Positions 22,561 to 36,269 of a DNA stretch of 64,000 nucleotides are shown piece after piece; position 1 is the first letter of the stretch; every line of letters starts with the position of its first letter. The notes beneath the pieces were generated by a model. It was not told the origin of the DNA, searched no databases, and saw nothing but the letters and a program-made list of their open reading frames with translations. Source of the stretch: Prorocentrum cordatum. Its lineage: Eukaryota. Position numbers and translations under genes: made by a program. The stretch spans positions 372,001 through 436,000 of the forward strand of contig CAUYUJ010000159.1 in assembly GCA_963575745.1 (NCBI GenBank). Direction: 5' to 3'.

Positions 22561-24329
22561 AGGCCCTCGAACACCTCGCACAAAAGCCCCGCAAAAGCCT
22601 CCGCAGGCCTCCGAGACCTGCGACGCCCCAGAGGCCACCGACAACAACGGCGGCGGCGGAAGTCCCAGACGTCCGGCAACGTGATATTTTTTCGCGCGCT
22701 GAAGGGGGGAAGAGCTGCGCCCCGGCATTGGTTCTGGATGCCCCCGGAGCCCGAGCGCGGGCCCCGGAGTCCGAAATCAAGGCACACCTTGATTCGGGCC
22801 CTGTGTGATAACAGCTAACACCCACATTCTTTATGTTGCTCGCCATGTGCTTCGATCTCGACGTTGTGCAACTCGGATGAAACAGGACCAGCCTTTTGAT
22901 TACCTCCCCAGAGACGTTGAAATAAAACTACAATATCAAATCCTACGTCGTTGGTGTTGGTACCGCTCGCAGAAGTGTAAATTTCTGTGCAGCTGGCATT
23001 TCACTGTGTTCTCGAAGCGTCGATTTGGAGGTTGGGTAACTTTCCACACACGTTTGATGTGTCATTTTCGGCCTTCGCCTACATTGCTGGAAAACGGTGC
23101 GTTCTGTCTCTGGCCGCTTGAAATTCGTCGTGGGGCGTGATGGGCCCTTTTTGGAAGACCGCATGGCACCGCCACGCATCGCGGTTGCCCGCGCGAGCAA
23201 CCGTTCCAGAGGTGCCTACTCAGGGACACGAGGGCACGGAGGGCGCGGCGCGCAAGAAACCCAGCGGATGCTGTAGGATAGCGAAAGTGCAAATCGCCAA
23301 TGGGCACTCACTCGGGATTGTCCAGCGAGCCCGCTGAGAACGCGCGGTGTACGCGTGCGCGCGTGCGCACGCAGGGGGTGGGGGAGGGCGGGCGGGGCGG
23401 GGCGCGGGGGGGAGGGGTGGGGGGGGCGCGCGCGCGTGGAGTGGGGTCGGGGGGGTCGGGGGGCACGGGCGGGGGCGGAAAGGGGCGGGGCGCGGGGGGC
23501 GGACGGTGGCGGCCGCGCTGGGGGCGAGGTCCCCGGGGCGCGCGCGCGGGGCGCGGCGGGGGCTCCAAGGCCCGAGCGCGGCGGGCCGCGCGCCTGGGCG
23601 TCCGCGCCGACGCCGGCCGTCGACCCTGGCGCTTCATGAACGTTTCCGCCGTTGGGTTTGCTCGCAATCAGAATTCCCGACGCGCCCGGGCCGCCGTCGG
23701 CCGAGGCATGACAGCCGCGGGGGGGGGGGCAAGCGAGTCAGAAAGAGATGACGTCGTCGCGCGCCCTGAGCCCGAATTAACAGCGCGCGCAAGGCGCGCC
23801 CGATGGCGCTGGCAAGCGGGCGGGGGGGCGGGTGACTTTTAGCAGGCGTCGCGCGCCCGATGCCGCGCGCAGGAGGCGTCGGCGGCGTGGGACAAGACAA
23901 GACAAGACAAGAAACCGTGCATCCATGAAGGACGCGTGGGCAGAAATAGCAACTAAAAAATTGCGGCGGCGTGGGAAGGACTTTAAAACGCTCTCGCGTT
24001 CGACGCGCGGCGCGCGGGGGGGTGTGGGGGGGGAGGGGGGGGCCGTGGAAATCTCACGTGTGACACGGGCCGGGGGGCCGTGCAAAACTGCCGCGCGCGA
24101 CGCTGGGGCGCGCGGGGAAGGGGAGGGGGGGGGGCGTCGGCCACGCGGCGGGCGCCGGGGGAGAGGGGCAGGGGGGACTCTGCTGAAATCTCACCCTGCG
24201 CGCCGGGGCGAGGGGGGGGGGAAGGGGGGGCTGTGCTTTGCAAAAACCTGAGGCCCCGAAACGCGCACCCGCATCAATTTTGGCGTTGCGACGGTCGCCG
24301 TTACGATGGGGAAAAAGTCGGAACGTGAA

Positions 24330-24900
24330 GTGTATCAATTTTGGCGTTGGGACATGTGCTGGTGGCTCTAGAACTCATTGGTTTAGGCATCAATTCGTGC
24401 GTCACGGGCCGACTCGAAAATCGACACCTACATCGAAACCGAAATCGACATTTCTACTGAGTTTGTGTCAAGTTGGGCACCAAACCTGACTCTGAAGTCG
24501 AAACCGAATGAGCTGGTATCCAAATGGGCATCAACATTGACGTTGGGAGCCGACTCTGAAATCGAGAGCGAAATCAAAACCGATATCGACTCTTCGACTG
24601 AGCTTGTATCAGCGTAGGCATCAAAATTAACGTTGGGTATCTGGGAATCAAAATGGGCTCCAATATTGACGTCGGGAATCGACTCTGACGTCGTGACCGG
24701 GATCGACAGCTCCACGGAATTTGTACCAATTTGGGCATCAAACTTGACGTCGGGTGTCACCCGGGGCATCAAAATGGGCATCAAAATTGACATTGGGACC
24801 CGACTCTGAAGTCGAGAGCGAAATCAAAGCCGAAATCGACACTTCTACCGAGCTTGTACCAGTTCGGGCATCCAAATTGACGTTGGGAAAGGCGTTGGGA
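24330..24900. repeat. Degenerate tandem repeat (GGCATCAAAATTGACGTYGGG...CGACTCTGA units)
   Basis: The motif recurs at least 6 times. Confidence 0.75.
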
Positions 24901-25939
24901 CTTTCGTCCGGCGTTGGGCAAAGTGTTGTGACTTCAGTCGGGCAAGCCGTCGCGATCGTCGCTCGCATCAGAACGGGCTCGGCGCACCGCGCCAACTGTT
25001 GGAATCGGGAGTCGCGTCGGGAGTCGCCACGGATGTCGCGGCAAGAAACGGTCTTGGAGAACGCGTTGGGATATCGGAACGGACGTCGACGTCGGAAGCG
25101 CACGGCAGCCGCCACAGGAGAGATGGGGCCAATCGGGAACGGCGCCGAACATGAAAGCGCGCGGCCAATTACCGCGAGGGGGATGGAAGCGCGAAGAACA
25201 ACGGGCGAAACGGATGCCAACCGATGTCGCCGGCCGCTGGCCCTCTCCCACGCCCCCGCCTTGGGCGTTCGCAGTGCATCCAACAAACCTCGCGCATGGT
25301 TCGAAGCCCTTGAATTTGGAGAAAAGGTCCAGAGGCGGCCGGTGGAGGCCTCTGCCGGGCAGCTTTCCTTTGAGAGCGCCCGCCCTTGGCCTTGCGCCTG
25401 CAGCCCCGCTGCTGCCCCCTTCCCCTGCGCGCGCGCACGCGCGCGCAGCGCGCAGTGTGCGACGCAGCACGGCCGCGATACTTGCAACAAAACTCGCGCT
25501 GAACTCGAAACTTTTGAGCTTGGAGGAAAGAGGAGAGGAGGAGGAACCGCGGCAGGTCCTGCCATCGCTTGCCAGCAGCGGGCATCTCGCCGCGGGCATC
25601 TTAGCTGGGAGGGGGCGGAGGAAGGCCGGATAAGTACGTAAACGTTACACATGTACAAACAAGTACTCATCACCTCAGCTCACACATTGCATAACTCAGA
25701 ACGCGTGACAACGTGCGATGTTCGGCGCGCGGGCAACTGAATGTAATGTGACAGAATGTGCATTACCAGTTGTAAAAAGAAAGACAACACACATATGACG
25801 ATAATGTACGTGCGGCGCATGTTCCTGTGTATTTGCTGCAAATACTGTCATTGCGCTGCGTCAGAGCAGAGACTGTCAAGGAAAGGGGGGAGGGGAACCT
25901 AAGACTTAAGAAACTCTGACACAATAACACAAGGAATCC

Positions 25940-26072
25940 AAGATCCCACGGCCAGAGCCCAGCGGCTCAGGATAGCCCAGGGCCCAGGGTCCAGGATCCC
26001 ACGGCCAGAGTCCAGGATCCCACGGCCAGAGTCCAGGGTCCAGTCCAGGATCCACGGCGTCCACGGCCAGAA
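25940..26072. repeat. Short tandem repeat GATCCCACGGCCAGAG
   Basis: Three to four copies. Confidence 0.75.
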
Positions 26073-26793
26073 CCCTTCTCTCTTCCTCCTCCTCCTCCTC
26101 TTATTGTTCCTCGTGCTTCCTAGCCCTTCAACTCAATTATCCTCTGACTCTCCCCTTTCGCTTCCCCCACACGCCCTGCGCGGGCGCTGCTTGGCTGGAA
26201 AATGTACGACTTGATTCAACACACGTGGCGAAAGTGTCGGATGTGCAAGGCGTCGCGTTCAAACCTGGTTCGAATGACACTGTGGAAATCGATTCTTAAA
26301 GCGATCAACGCGCGTGCGAGCACGGTTTTCAAGCACCTACATTTTTGACAACGCCTGGGCGGCATTGCAACACTTTTGCGAACAGAACGTGCGCGCATCA
26401 ACGCATGTCGTGACAAAACCAACATGTTTGAACGATCTCCGCAACACAAGAACCAACACATATACAACAACTAACGCATTTTTCAGAATATGGTTTCCCG
26501 CGCAGTAAAACTGCAACTTTTTTGACACGAAAACCATCAACGCATCGAGACAACGTACGCTTCGGAAATCGACAGGTCTACAAAACGCACAACACCAATA
26601 TCGGCACAGACTCCAACGTTTTCACTCCATGGTTATCAAGCGAGGCCCGAATCAGGGCACACCGCGGGTTCTGAGAAAATCAGATCGCTGGAGACGGGGG
26701 GGGACTGGAATCATCAGAACCATGGCGAATGAGGGTTGGCCAACTGCCTGAGCAGGGCGAGGTCTCATGGTGAATAGAAGAATGATGAACAGC

Positions 26794-26988
26794 TAGGGGA
26801 ACAAACAATGGCATAAACATAAAAACTCGGAGGTCCGCGCAAGTTTCTCGGATCGGCGCTGGAGCCTCCCTAACGGTGCCTCCGGCGCCGCTCCTGGCGC
26901 GCTCCGCGCGCCAGGGAGGGGCTCCAACGCCGATCCGAGAAACCCACGCGGACGTTCAGTTTTTTATGTTTATGTCAATGTTCCCCTA
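26794..26988. mobile_element. Palindromic MITE-like element bounded by TA; a related copy follows at ~27001-27160
   Basis: TAGGGGAACA...TGTTCCCCTA termini with long imperfect inverted arms. Same family as 17267-17456. Confidence 0.7.
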
Positions 26989-28479
26989 TATCAGCTGCGC
27001 AAACCTAAACTTTCGAAGCTCCGAGCGGATTTCTTGGACTGGCGCCAGGCCCCTCCCTGGCGAGCGGAGCGCGCCAGGGGGGGAGCACCGGAGGCTCTGC
27101 CGGGGAGCTCGGCGCCAAGCCAAGAGATCCGCGCGGAGCTGCGAAAGTGTATGTTTAAGCGGGTGCTCTTTTCGGAGGAGATCTTCAGGGCAAGAAAACC
27201 CAGAATCGAATCGGATCGAGAAATTGGGTCGGCGATCGACATGAATGAGCAATGCGGAAATCGGAAGCCTAGCCGGGAGAAGCCAAATCTGACGAGCTCG
27301 GCGGGCTAAAAAACGCCCTGTACTGAGAAACCGGAACTCAAATCGGAATCCAGATTCGAATCGGATCGGAATCGGAACCGATCGAAATCGAATGGAGAAA
27401 GCGGCGGCGGCGAAAAGCGGCGAAAGGCGGCGGCGGCCGCGGCGTCGGCGGAGCCCCTCCCGAGGGAGCGCGGCGCCGTCCTGCGCGGCGGCCGCGCGGC
27501 GGCCGGCGCCGGCGGCCAGGGAGCCTCGGACGTCGTCGTCGTCGTCGTCGTCGTCGTCCTCCTCCTCCTCCTCCTCCTCCTCCGCGGCACGCCCAGGGGA
27601 GAGGACAGCACGCTCGCAGGTCGAGAGAGCCGAGAAGCCTACGACCCCGCGTGGAGGAGGCTCGCGAGGGCATCTCGCATCGAGAGGGCGAGGCGCCTCG
27701 CAAGGCGCTCCGACGACACGGAGGACCGCACCGTCGAGAACCCAGAGGGCCGAGAGGCCCACGGCGCTCGCCTCGATCTGCGGCGCGCCCAGCGGGCGGG
27801 CAGCTGGGGGCGGGCCTCCTCGGAAGCCTCGGGAGGCTTCCGGCCTTCGGCCAAGCTCTCCGAGCCTTCTCCGGGGCCGCCCGGGGGGGCCTCCTGGAGC
27901 ACGCGAGGGCCTCGGATGAAGCCCCGCAAACCCTCCGAGAAGGGCCCCGCCCCCTCGCACTCCTCCTCCCCCCCTGGGGCGCGCCGCCGAGGCCTCTCCC
28001 CCCCTTGCAGGAGCGAGAAGCGCGTCACAAGCCAGTGGCCGACACGTGCCGTACGAGGAATCACCACGACGGTCGGGGCGAGGGCACTTCTCGATCCCCA
28101 TCCTCCACGTGCTCCTCCCGCCCCCTCTGCCTCCTCGTCCTCCTCCCTGCCTGTTCGATCCTCCCTCCTCCCTGAAGGAGAGCAGGAACAGTGTGCTGAG
28201 CCCTGAGGCGTCAAGAATCGAGTGACGAGACCTGCGGCTTCACCTCTGGCTTTCCCTCTCCTCCCCATCAACGAAATACGTTATGGTTCATGAGTCTTGG
28301 TCTAGGCCAACGACAAAGTGCGGAACCCCTTGAGCAAAGTCGTGAACCTGCGCTAACCAGGAACAGAACGCGCAACTAGAACGACCAATCAGAAGCTTAC
28401 GAAGTTACTGCTGCGATCTCCCTTCCTCCTCCTCTCTCCTCCTCTTCCTCCGAGAGAGAGAGGGAGGAGGACGGAGAGA

Positions 28480-28767
28480 GAAAGAGAGACAAGAGAGAGA
28501 GAGAGAGAGAAATAAAGCACGATCGAGAGGATGATCGACATGCATGCATGCATGCATGCATACATACATACATACACACATACATACATAAACACATACA
28601 CACATACACACATACAGATATACAGACATACACACGTACATACATACATGCATGTATGAATACGTACATGCATACATGCACAAATGCATACCTGTATACA
28701 CATACATAGACATATTTACGCATACACATACATATACACACATACACATACACACATACACACATAC

Positions 28768-28798
<31 letters not shown>

Positions 28799-29015
28799 TG
28801 CATATACCTATTCATACACATGTACGTATAGATACATATACATGCATCCATGCATCACAATCATACACACATGCGAATATGCGTACGTGCATACTATGCA
28901 TACGCATACACGTGTACAAGCATACACACATACATGCACACATGCAGACATACATGCATACATGCGTACACACGTACATACAAACATACGTACATACGTA
29001 CATGCATACATACAT

Positions 29016-29050
<35 letters not shown>

Positions 29051-29125
29051 TGTACGCATACACACACATACATACTACTGTTTGCATATTGAAGAGGTGG
29101 TCGTGAGAGAGAGAGAGAGAGAGAA
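28480..29125. repeat. (GA)n / (TACA)n / (CA)n / (CAGA)n compound microsatellite
   Basis: Directly visible. Confidence 0.95.
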
Positions 29126-30319
29126 ATAAAGAAGCTGAGAGAAAGAGTCGGAGAAAAAGAAGACGAGCATGAGGATTATGAAACACTGTTGAAGAGTTGC
29201 ACGCGCTCCTCGTCATCCTCCTGATCATCCTTGCCCTCCTCGCCCAGCGAGGGAACAAAGAAACGAGGGGGAAGGACAAGGGGAGGAGCAGGGAGCGCTG
29301 GGAGGAGAGGGGGGTGAGAAAGACAATGGTTTGGAAGGACAGGAGGACAAATCGCGCGCCTCAGATGGCTCGACGGCGTGCTCGCTAGCAACGCCAGCGC
29401 TGGCGCCAAAAATGGCGACCGTGGCAACCCCAGACCCCCGACGTCATGATTTTTTCATAGCGTCGACCCTGGAGGTCTCGACCCATTCCCTGGGACCGGT
29501 TTTTCCTCCTGGATCGTTTTTTGACGGTCCCGAGGCCCTGTAAGGGCCTCCAGAGGCCCAACATCTGGAAAAACCTCCGGCCATGATTTTGTCATTACCC
29601 GAGGCGGCCGCGGCCGCGGTGGCGGCGGCGGTGGCGGCGGCGGCATCGGCGGCGGTCCTCTGCCTCCGGCCTTACCCCTGCCGACCCTGCGGGGCCAGCC
29701 GCCCTTGCCGGCGCCTCTGTGGGGGGGCCGCTCAAAGGGATTGGTGGGCTCGTTTTCCACCGCAACCACCATAAGTAAATGGGGAAGAAGGTCCTCCTCC
29801 TCCTCCTCTTCCTCCTCCTCCTCCTCATCATCATCATCCACCTCCTTCCCCCCTCCAACTTATGGTGGCGGTGGTGGTAGTGGAAAACAGGCCCATCAGG
29901 GATTGCGGAAGGGCGCGACGCGTCATGCGGCTGTGTCAGCTACTGGAAGGAAGCTCTTCAAATACGCCACATGTTGGCCTTCTCGGCCTTGCCTTGAGAC
30001 TTCGGCCAAAAATCTCGGGCGACACGACCTAACTAATCCTTACGAGTATGATTCACTGGCGCTCCTGGTCAAGTCTTACCATGTAGCAGCAAAGGAAATG
30101 CAGACCCAGAATCCTAGCCGCAGACCGGAAATCCCAGCCCCATCTCTCCCCCCTCCCTCTCCTCCCCCCCTTCCCCCCTCCAGGAAGACGGGAAGGGGGA
30201 CCAGCCCTGCCCGAAAACCACCAGGGGGCTCGAACCAGGGACGGGGGGAGGGTCGGGATTCCCCCCCTTCCCGTTCGAAGCGGGGGGCCCTCCCCGCCCT
30301 GAACTCGAACCGTTGCTGA

Positions 30320-30570
30320 GCCTTGTTTGAGTGTTGTTTGAACTTGTTGGAACTTTGTTTGGGCTTTGTTTGCGCTTTGGTGGAACTTTGTATTCGATTC
30401 GTTTTATTTGAGCTTTATTTGAGCTGTGTTGGAGCTTTGCTTGAGCGCAGGAATGTTGCTTGAACTTTCTTTGAGTTTGTTTTGAGTGTGAATTGGGTTT
30501 TGGTTGAGCTTTGTTTGAGTTTTGTTGGAGCTGTGGTTGAGTTTTGTTTGAGCTGCATTGTTTGGGCTTC
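30320..30570. repeat. TTTGAG(C/T) degenerate minisatellite
   Basis: Directly visible. Confidence 0.8.
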
Positions 30571-30889
30571 GTTACACCCCCGTCCCCCCCTCCCCTCCCC
30601 CCTAGTCCCAACTGAGGGGGGGAGGTCCGCCCCGCACCTCCCGCCCCGGTTCGGACAGGGAGGCAATTTTAACCCCACCCCGGCTGGAACCGGGGGGACC
30701 TCCCCTGCGGTCCGAACCGGGGGGAGGGCCAGTAACAGAGGATGGCGCTCTTTCACGTTACTCGAACGCCCTTGCGCTCTTGCTGGGAGGGAACGACCCC
30801 TGTCAAATAATACAGTGCGAATTACTTGCGCGCGTCGGCCGCCCGTGCATGCCGAACACTTATCCAAACCTGAACCATCAACACGTGAA

Positions 30890-31195
30890 CACCATCATCG
30901 TCATCGGCATGACCAGCAACAGCGCCGTCATTAACCTTGCTGTCGTCATCGTCACCCTCGTCACCACCATCACTACTACTACTATCATCAACATTATCAA
31001 CATCGTAATCTTCATCAACAGAAGTATTATCATCATGAGTTTCAGCATCCTGGTCCTCCTCCTCAGCATCATCACCATCACCATTGTCATCATCACAATC
31101 ATCATCATAATCCACATCGTGACCGTCATCACCATCATTATCATCATCATGACCATCAATATTACCATCATCATCATCATCATCCGCATCATCCG

Positions 31196-31263
<68 letters not shown>

Positions 31264-31282
31264 GCATCCGCATCCGCATCCG

Positions 31283-31328
<46 letters not shown>

Positions 31329-31330
31329 GT
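30890..31330. repeat. (CAT)n microsatellite
   Basis: Directly visible. Confidence 0.95.
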
Positions 31331-31334
31331 TTCT

Positions 31335-31607
31335 GCCGTTGTCGACGTAACCATGATACCGCGCCCGCCCGAATCACTGACCCGCGCGGAAGTGCCCAGC
31401 GCGCCAGCGCTGGTAAGTCTGACGCGCTGGTGGGACGCCCGCATCGGTCAGCGCCAACTAGCTGGCCGCTGTGCGCGCGAACTTGCGCGCGAACACCGTT
31501 CTGCGTGCGAGCTTGTGCGCGCTAGCTCGGCCGCAGGGATGCGCCAGCCATCGCGAAGCAGTCAGTGCAATCGCCCCCGTGTGGGTTTTGCAAACCAGGT
31601 TGCGGGT
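31335..31607 (+). repeat. Dispersed repeat; second copy at ~44560-44790
   Basis: Shared CTAGCTGGCCGCTGTGCGCGCGA, CGGCCGCAGGGATGCGCCAGCCA and TGGGTTTTGCAAACCA blocks in the same order. Confidence 0.75.
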
Positions 31608-32089
31608 GGGTGGGTGGGATGAATGTGCGAGCAGTGGAGTTGCCAACTCCAAGTTCTTCAACATTCATTGCACCACATTGTTGGCACCGTACATCTTGCG
31701 CCACTTAGCTTGCACCACATCGCCGCCCGCCTTGCTGTGCATTGCTTTGCATTGCCGAACATCGATTATATCATATAGCGCACATCACATACGTATACAC
31801 ATATATATATATATGGCACCAAAAAGAATGCACAACATTGGTGGCACCACATATATTGCAACACACATGTTACGAATGCCCGCCACCGTACCGCTGGACA
31901 TGGAGTGGGCGTGACCCCGAATCTTTTGCCCAGTCCTCACTCCTCTCTCCAGGGGATTATTTAGGCGACCCGGGCGCCTCGCTCTCAAACCTCCTGGGTC
32001 TTGGCGCGTGCCTCCTGGGGCTTCCCGCGTGCCCCGTGGGATGCGGCAAGGGTCGTCGCGTGAATTGTGCGGGCCCATGAGGGCAACCA

Positions 32090-35000
32090 GGCGGGCCAAG
32101 AGTGCCGCAAAAAACCCCAAACGGTCCAAGAGGGCCCCAGAACGCCGAACGATCGATGCCCAAAGAGGTCTCCAAGAGGGCTCCCAAGAGGGCCCTCAGA
32201 GGTCCAAACCATTGATTTTCCTAAGGTGTTTGAAGAATGTTGCGTTCTGGTCTTTTCGGCTTCGCGATGCTCCCAGAAAACCCTGGAGGCCCTCAAGACC
32301 GCACCAAGACCGCCCCAAGACGGCTCCAAAAGGGCTCCAAAACGGCCCAAGAGGGCCCCAAGACGGCCATGGAGGCGCCCAGAGCGGCCCAAGAGGGCCC
32401 CAAGACGGCCCCCAAACGGGCCCAAAAGAGAGAACGCGAACCGAAAATCCGAGCCCTCCCCAAGAAGCCCCCAGGAGGCCCCGAGAGGCGCCCAGGAGGC
32501 CCCAAGAGGCCCCAAAGAGCCTCCCAAGAGGCACCCAAAAGGCCCGACAGAGGCCCCAAGAGCCGAGCCCCCCAAAAACCATCAGGAGGACTGCCTCCAA
32601 GAAGCCCACGACAGGCCCCCCACGAAATCTGGACGAACATCCAATAGGCTTCACACCCACAACCCAGGCACAGTGGCGGGATGGGCATAAAGCCACTAGA
32701 TATCCCAGCAAAATGGCCGACGCCCCCTGTCGATTCATCGCAGGGGTGCATGGCGTGCTAGATTATTACGGTTGTGGTGTTGGCTCTTGTTCCAAAAGAA
32801 CTCCCCCTGGAGCTTCGGCGCGTCCCGCCGGCTGCCTGCCTCGTCGGCTTTTTCGCTCAAGATGGCCAAAGATGGCCTCCAAGATGCCTCCAAGACGGCC
32901 AAGATGGTCTCCAAGACGGCTAAGATGGCCTCAACACGCCTCCAAGACTGCCCAAGATGCACCCAAGACGGCCTAAGATAGCCTCAAGATGGCCCAAAAT
33001 AGCCTAAGAGGCCCCCAGGAGGCCTCCAAGACGGCCCAAGACGGCCCAAGAGGCCCCTAAGAGGTCCTCCAGGAGGGCCCGAAGAGGCCAAAATCATTGA
33101 TTTCCCTTAAGTTGTTGAAGGATGTTGGCATTTGCTTCTTCTCGGCATTCCGACGGCTCACGACGGCACAAGAGGCCCCCAAGATCGCCCCAAGACGGCC
33201 CCAAGAGGGCCCCAAGAGGCCTCCAAGACGCACAATATGGCCTCTAAGACGGCCCTGGAGCATTCCAAGAGGGCCCCAAGTCGGCCCAGAAAGGCCCCCC
33301 AAACGGCTTCCGACGGGCCAGGAGCCAACCAAGATGGCCGAAGTTGTCTCGCAGCTGGCCCAAGACGGCCCAAGCCAAGAGGGCCTCCAGGAAGGCCAGA
33401 AAAGGCCAAACACACTGATTGTCTGTTGAAGGATTTTGACATTTGCTTCGTTTCGGCCATCCGACGGCCCGCGATACGGCCCGAGAGCCCCCAAAGATCG
33501 ATCGCAGATCGCCCAAGAGGCCTCCAAGATGGCCCCAGAACGGCCCAAGCGCCCCCCAAGACGGCCCCAAGAGGCCCCCAAGACGGCCCAGGAGGCGCTT
33601 AAGACGCCCAAGATGGCCTCCAAGACGACCCTGGAGCATACCAAAAGGGCCCCACGTCGGCTCAGAGAGGCCCCCCAAACGGCTTCCGACTGCGTCGGAC
33701 GGGCCAGGGGCCCACCCAGACGGCCGAAGCTGGCACTAAGATGGCCCAAGACGGCCCAAGAGGCCTCCAAGAGGGCCTCCAGGAAGGCCCGAAAAGGCCT
33801 GATGTCCCATGAGTGTTCGAAGGGTTGTGGCATTTGCTCTGTGTCGGCCTTCCGACGGCCCGAGACGGCCCAAATGCCCCCAAAGATCGCCGAAGGGGCC
33901 CAAAACGGCCCCAGGGGGCCCCCAAGACGGCCCAAGAGACCTCCAAAACGCTCAAGATGACCTCCAAAACGGCCCAACAGCCCATCAGACGTCGGCCCGA
34001 AAGGGCCAAAATGGCCTCCAGGCGGCCAAGATGACAGTCAAAATGCCTACGTGTTCCCCGAAGGCTTTCCAAACCGATTCAGGGAACACATGGTCCGAGA
34101 GCTTGGCAGGTCTGGCCTCAACGTTCGGCCACATTGGCGCTTCCACAAAGGCAAGGGGCGGCGGTGATTCGCCGTACGAGTCCTCGATATCCCACCTAGA
34201 TGGCCGAAATTGGCTCGAAGCTGGCCCAAGACGGCTCAAGAGGCCTCCAAGAGGGCCTCCAGGAAGTCCAGAAAAGGCAAAACACACTGATTGTCCCTAG
34301 GCTTTTGAAGGATTTTGACATTTGCTTCGTTTCGGCCATCCGACGGCCCGCGATACGGCCCAAGAGCCCCCAAAGATCGCCCAAAGATCGCCCAAGCGGC
34401 CTCCAAGGTGGCCCCAGAACGGCCCAAGCGCCCCCCAAGACGGCCCCAAGAGGCCCCCAAGACGGCCCAGGAGGCGCTTAAGACGCCCAAGATGGCCTCC
34501 AAGACGACCCTGGAGCATACCAAAAGGGCCCCACGTCGGCTCAGAGAGGCCCCCCAAACGGCTTCCGACTGCGTCGGACGGGCCAGGGGCCCACCCAGAC
34601 GGCCGAAGCTGGCACTAAGATGGCCCAAGACGGCCCAAGAGGCCTCCAAGAGGGCCTCCAGGAAGGCCCGAAAAGGCCTGATGTCCCATGAGTGTTCGAA
34701 GGGTTGTGGCATTTGCTCTGTGTCGGCCTTCCGACGGCCCGAGACGGCCCAAATGCCCCCAAAGATCGCCGAAGGCCCCAAAACGGCCCCAGGGGGCCCC
34801 CAAGACGGCCCAAGAGACCTCCAAGACGCTCAAGATGACCTCCAAAACGGCCCAATAGCCCATCAGACGTCGGCCCGAAAGGGCCAAAATGGCCTCCAGG
34901 CGGCCAAGATGGCAGTCAAAATGCCTACGTGTTCCCCGAAGGCTTTCCAAACCGATTCAGGGAACACATGGTCCGAGAGCTTGGCAGGTCTGGCCTCAAC

Positions 35001-35932
35001 GTTCGGCCACATTGGCGCTTCCACAAAGGCAAGGGGCGGCGGTGATTCGCCGTATGAGTCCTCGATATCCCACCTAGATAACCGAAATTGGCTCGAAGCT
35101 GGCCCAAGACGGCCCAAGAGGCCTCCAAGAGGGCCTCCAGGAAGTCCAGAAAAGGCAAAACACACTGATTGTCCCTAGGCTTTTGAAGGATTTTGACATT
35201 TGCTTCGTTTCGGCCATCCGACGGCCCGCGATACGGCCCAAGAGCCCCCAAAGATCGATCAAAGATCGCCCAAGCGGCCTCCAAGATGGCCCCAGAACGG
35301 CCCAAGCGCCCCCCAAGACGGCCCCAAGAGGCCCCAAGACGGCCCAGGAGGCGCTTAAGACGCCCAAGATGGCCTCCAAGACGGCCCTGGAGCATACCAA
35401 AAGGGCCCCACGTCGGCTCAGAGAGGCCCCCCAAACGGCTTCCGACTGCGCCGGACGGGCCAGGGGCCCACCCAGACGGCCGAAGCTGGCACTAAGATGG
35501 CCCAAGACGGCCCAAGAGGCCTCCAAGAGGGCCTCCAGGAAGGCCCGAAAAGGCCTGATGTCCCATGAGTGTTCGAAGGGTTGTGGCATTTGCTCTGTGT
35601 CGGCCTTCCGACGGCCCGAGACGGCCCAAATGCCCCCAAAGATCGCCGAAGGGGCCCAAAACGGCCCCAGGGGGCCCCCAAGACGGCCCAAGAGACCTCC
35701 AAGACGCTCAAGATGACCTCCAAAACGGCCCAATAGCCCATCAGACGTCGGCCCGAAAGGGCCAAAATGGCCTCCAGGCGGCCAAGATGACAGTCAAAAT
35801 GCCTACGTGTTCCCCGAAGGCTTTCCAAACCGATTCAGGGAACACATGGTCCGCGAGCTTGGCAGGTCTGGCCTCAACGTTCGGCCACATTGGCGCTTCC
35901 ACAAAGGCAGGGGACGGCGGTGATTCGCCGTA
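32090..35932. repeat. CCAAGA(C/G/T)GG-rich satellite containing an ~878-bp unit repeated three times in tandem (~33333-35932)
   Basis: Identical landmarks recur at 33436/34315/35193 (spacing 879 and 878). Related degenerate satellite at ~45240-46440 and ~59680-59930. Confidence 0.9.
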
Positions 35933-36269
35933 GGCGTCTTCAATCTGTTTCTTTCCTTCGCAACAATTAAGATCTACCCCCCGGGGTTATCGGTACATCT
36001 TTTCGTATTGCAAATTGCATGTGATTCTGCCCCATCGCTCATCCGAAATATGAGCCCAGGCCGGTATCGTCCCCCCCTCATCCTCTGCAGAAAACCATGC
36101 GCGCGCACTCGTTTAGCAAAAACCATTTGTTTGCAATAGTGCATCGCAGAAGAACGAACAAGACGAGGTGCGCACGCCGCACGCGCGCGTCGTCGCGCGC
36201 GCATGCCGGAATGTTTCAGATCCGCCGATCTGGCGTGTGAGTTTCTGATTGCGTGGGCTTGAGGTTGCT

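Noticed and set aside
24330..24900. Regularly recurring motif resembling a CRISPR array
   Set aside because: The repeats are degenerate, the intervening sequences are related to each other rather than unique spacers, there are no cas genes, and the context is eukaryotic.
29398..29422. Weak SL-like match on the minus strand (GTCGCCATTTTTGGCGCCAG)
   Set aside because: Needs a gap and several mismatches, with no downstream ORF support.
30780..31622. Hydrophobic poly-Ile/Met 'membrane protein' ORFs (also 58533-59571)
   Set aside because: (CAT)n / (GAT)n microsatellite.
32008..35933. Many Pro/Arg/Lys-rich ORFs, and SL-like fragments (GCCATTTTGGCCC, GGCCCAAG) in the satellite
   Set aside because: The ORFs are satellite read-through. 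The SL-like pieces lack the CCGTA 5' part and follow from the satellite motif itself.
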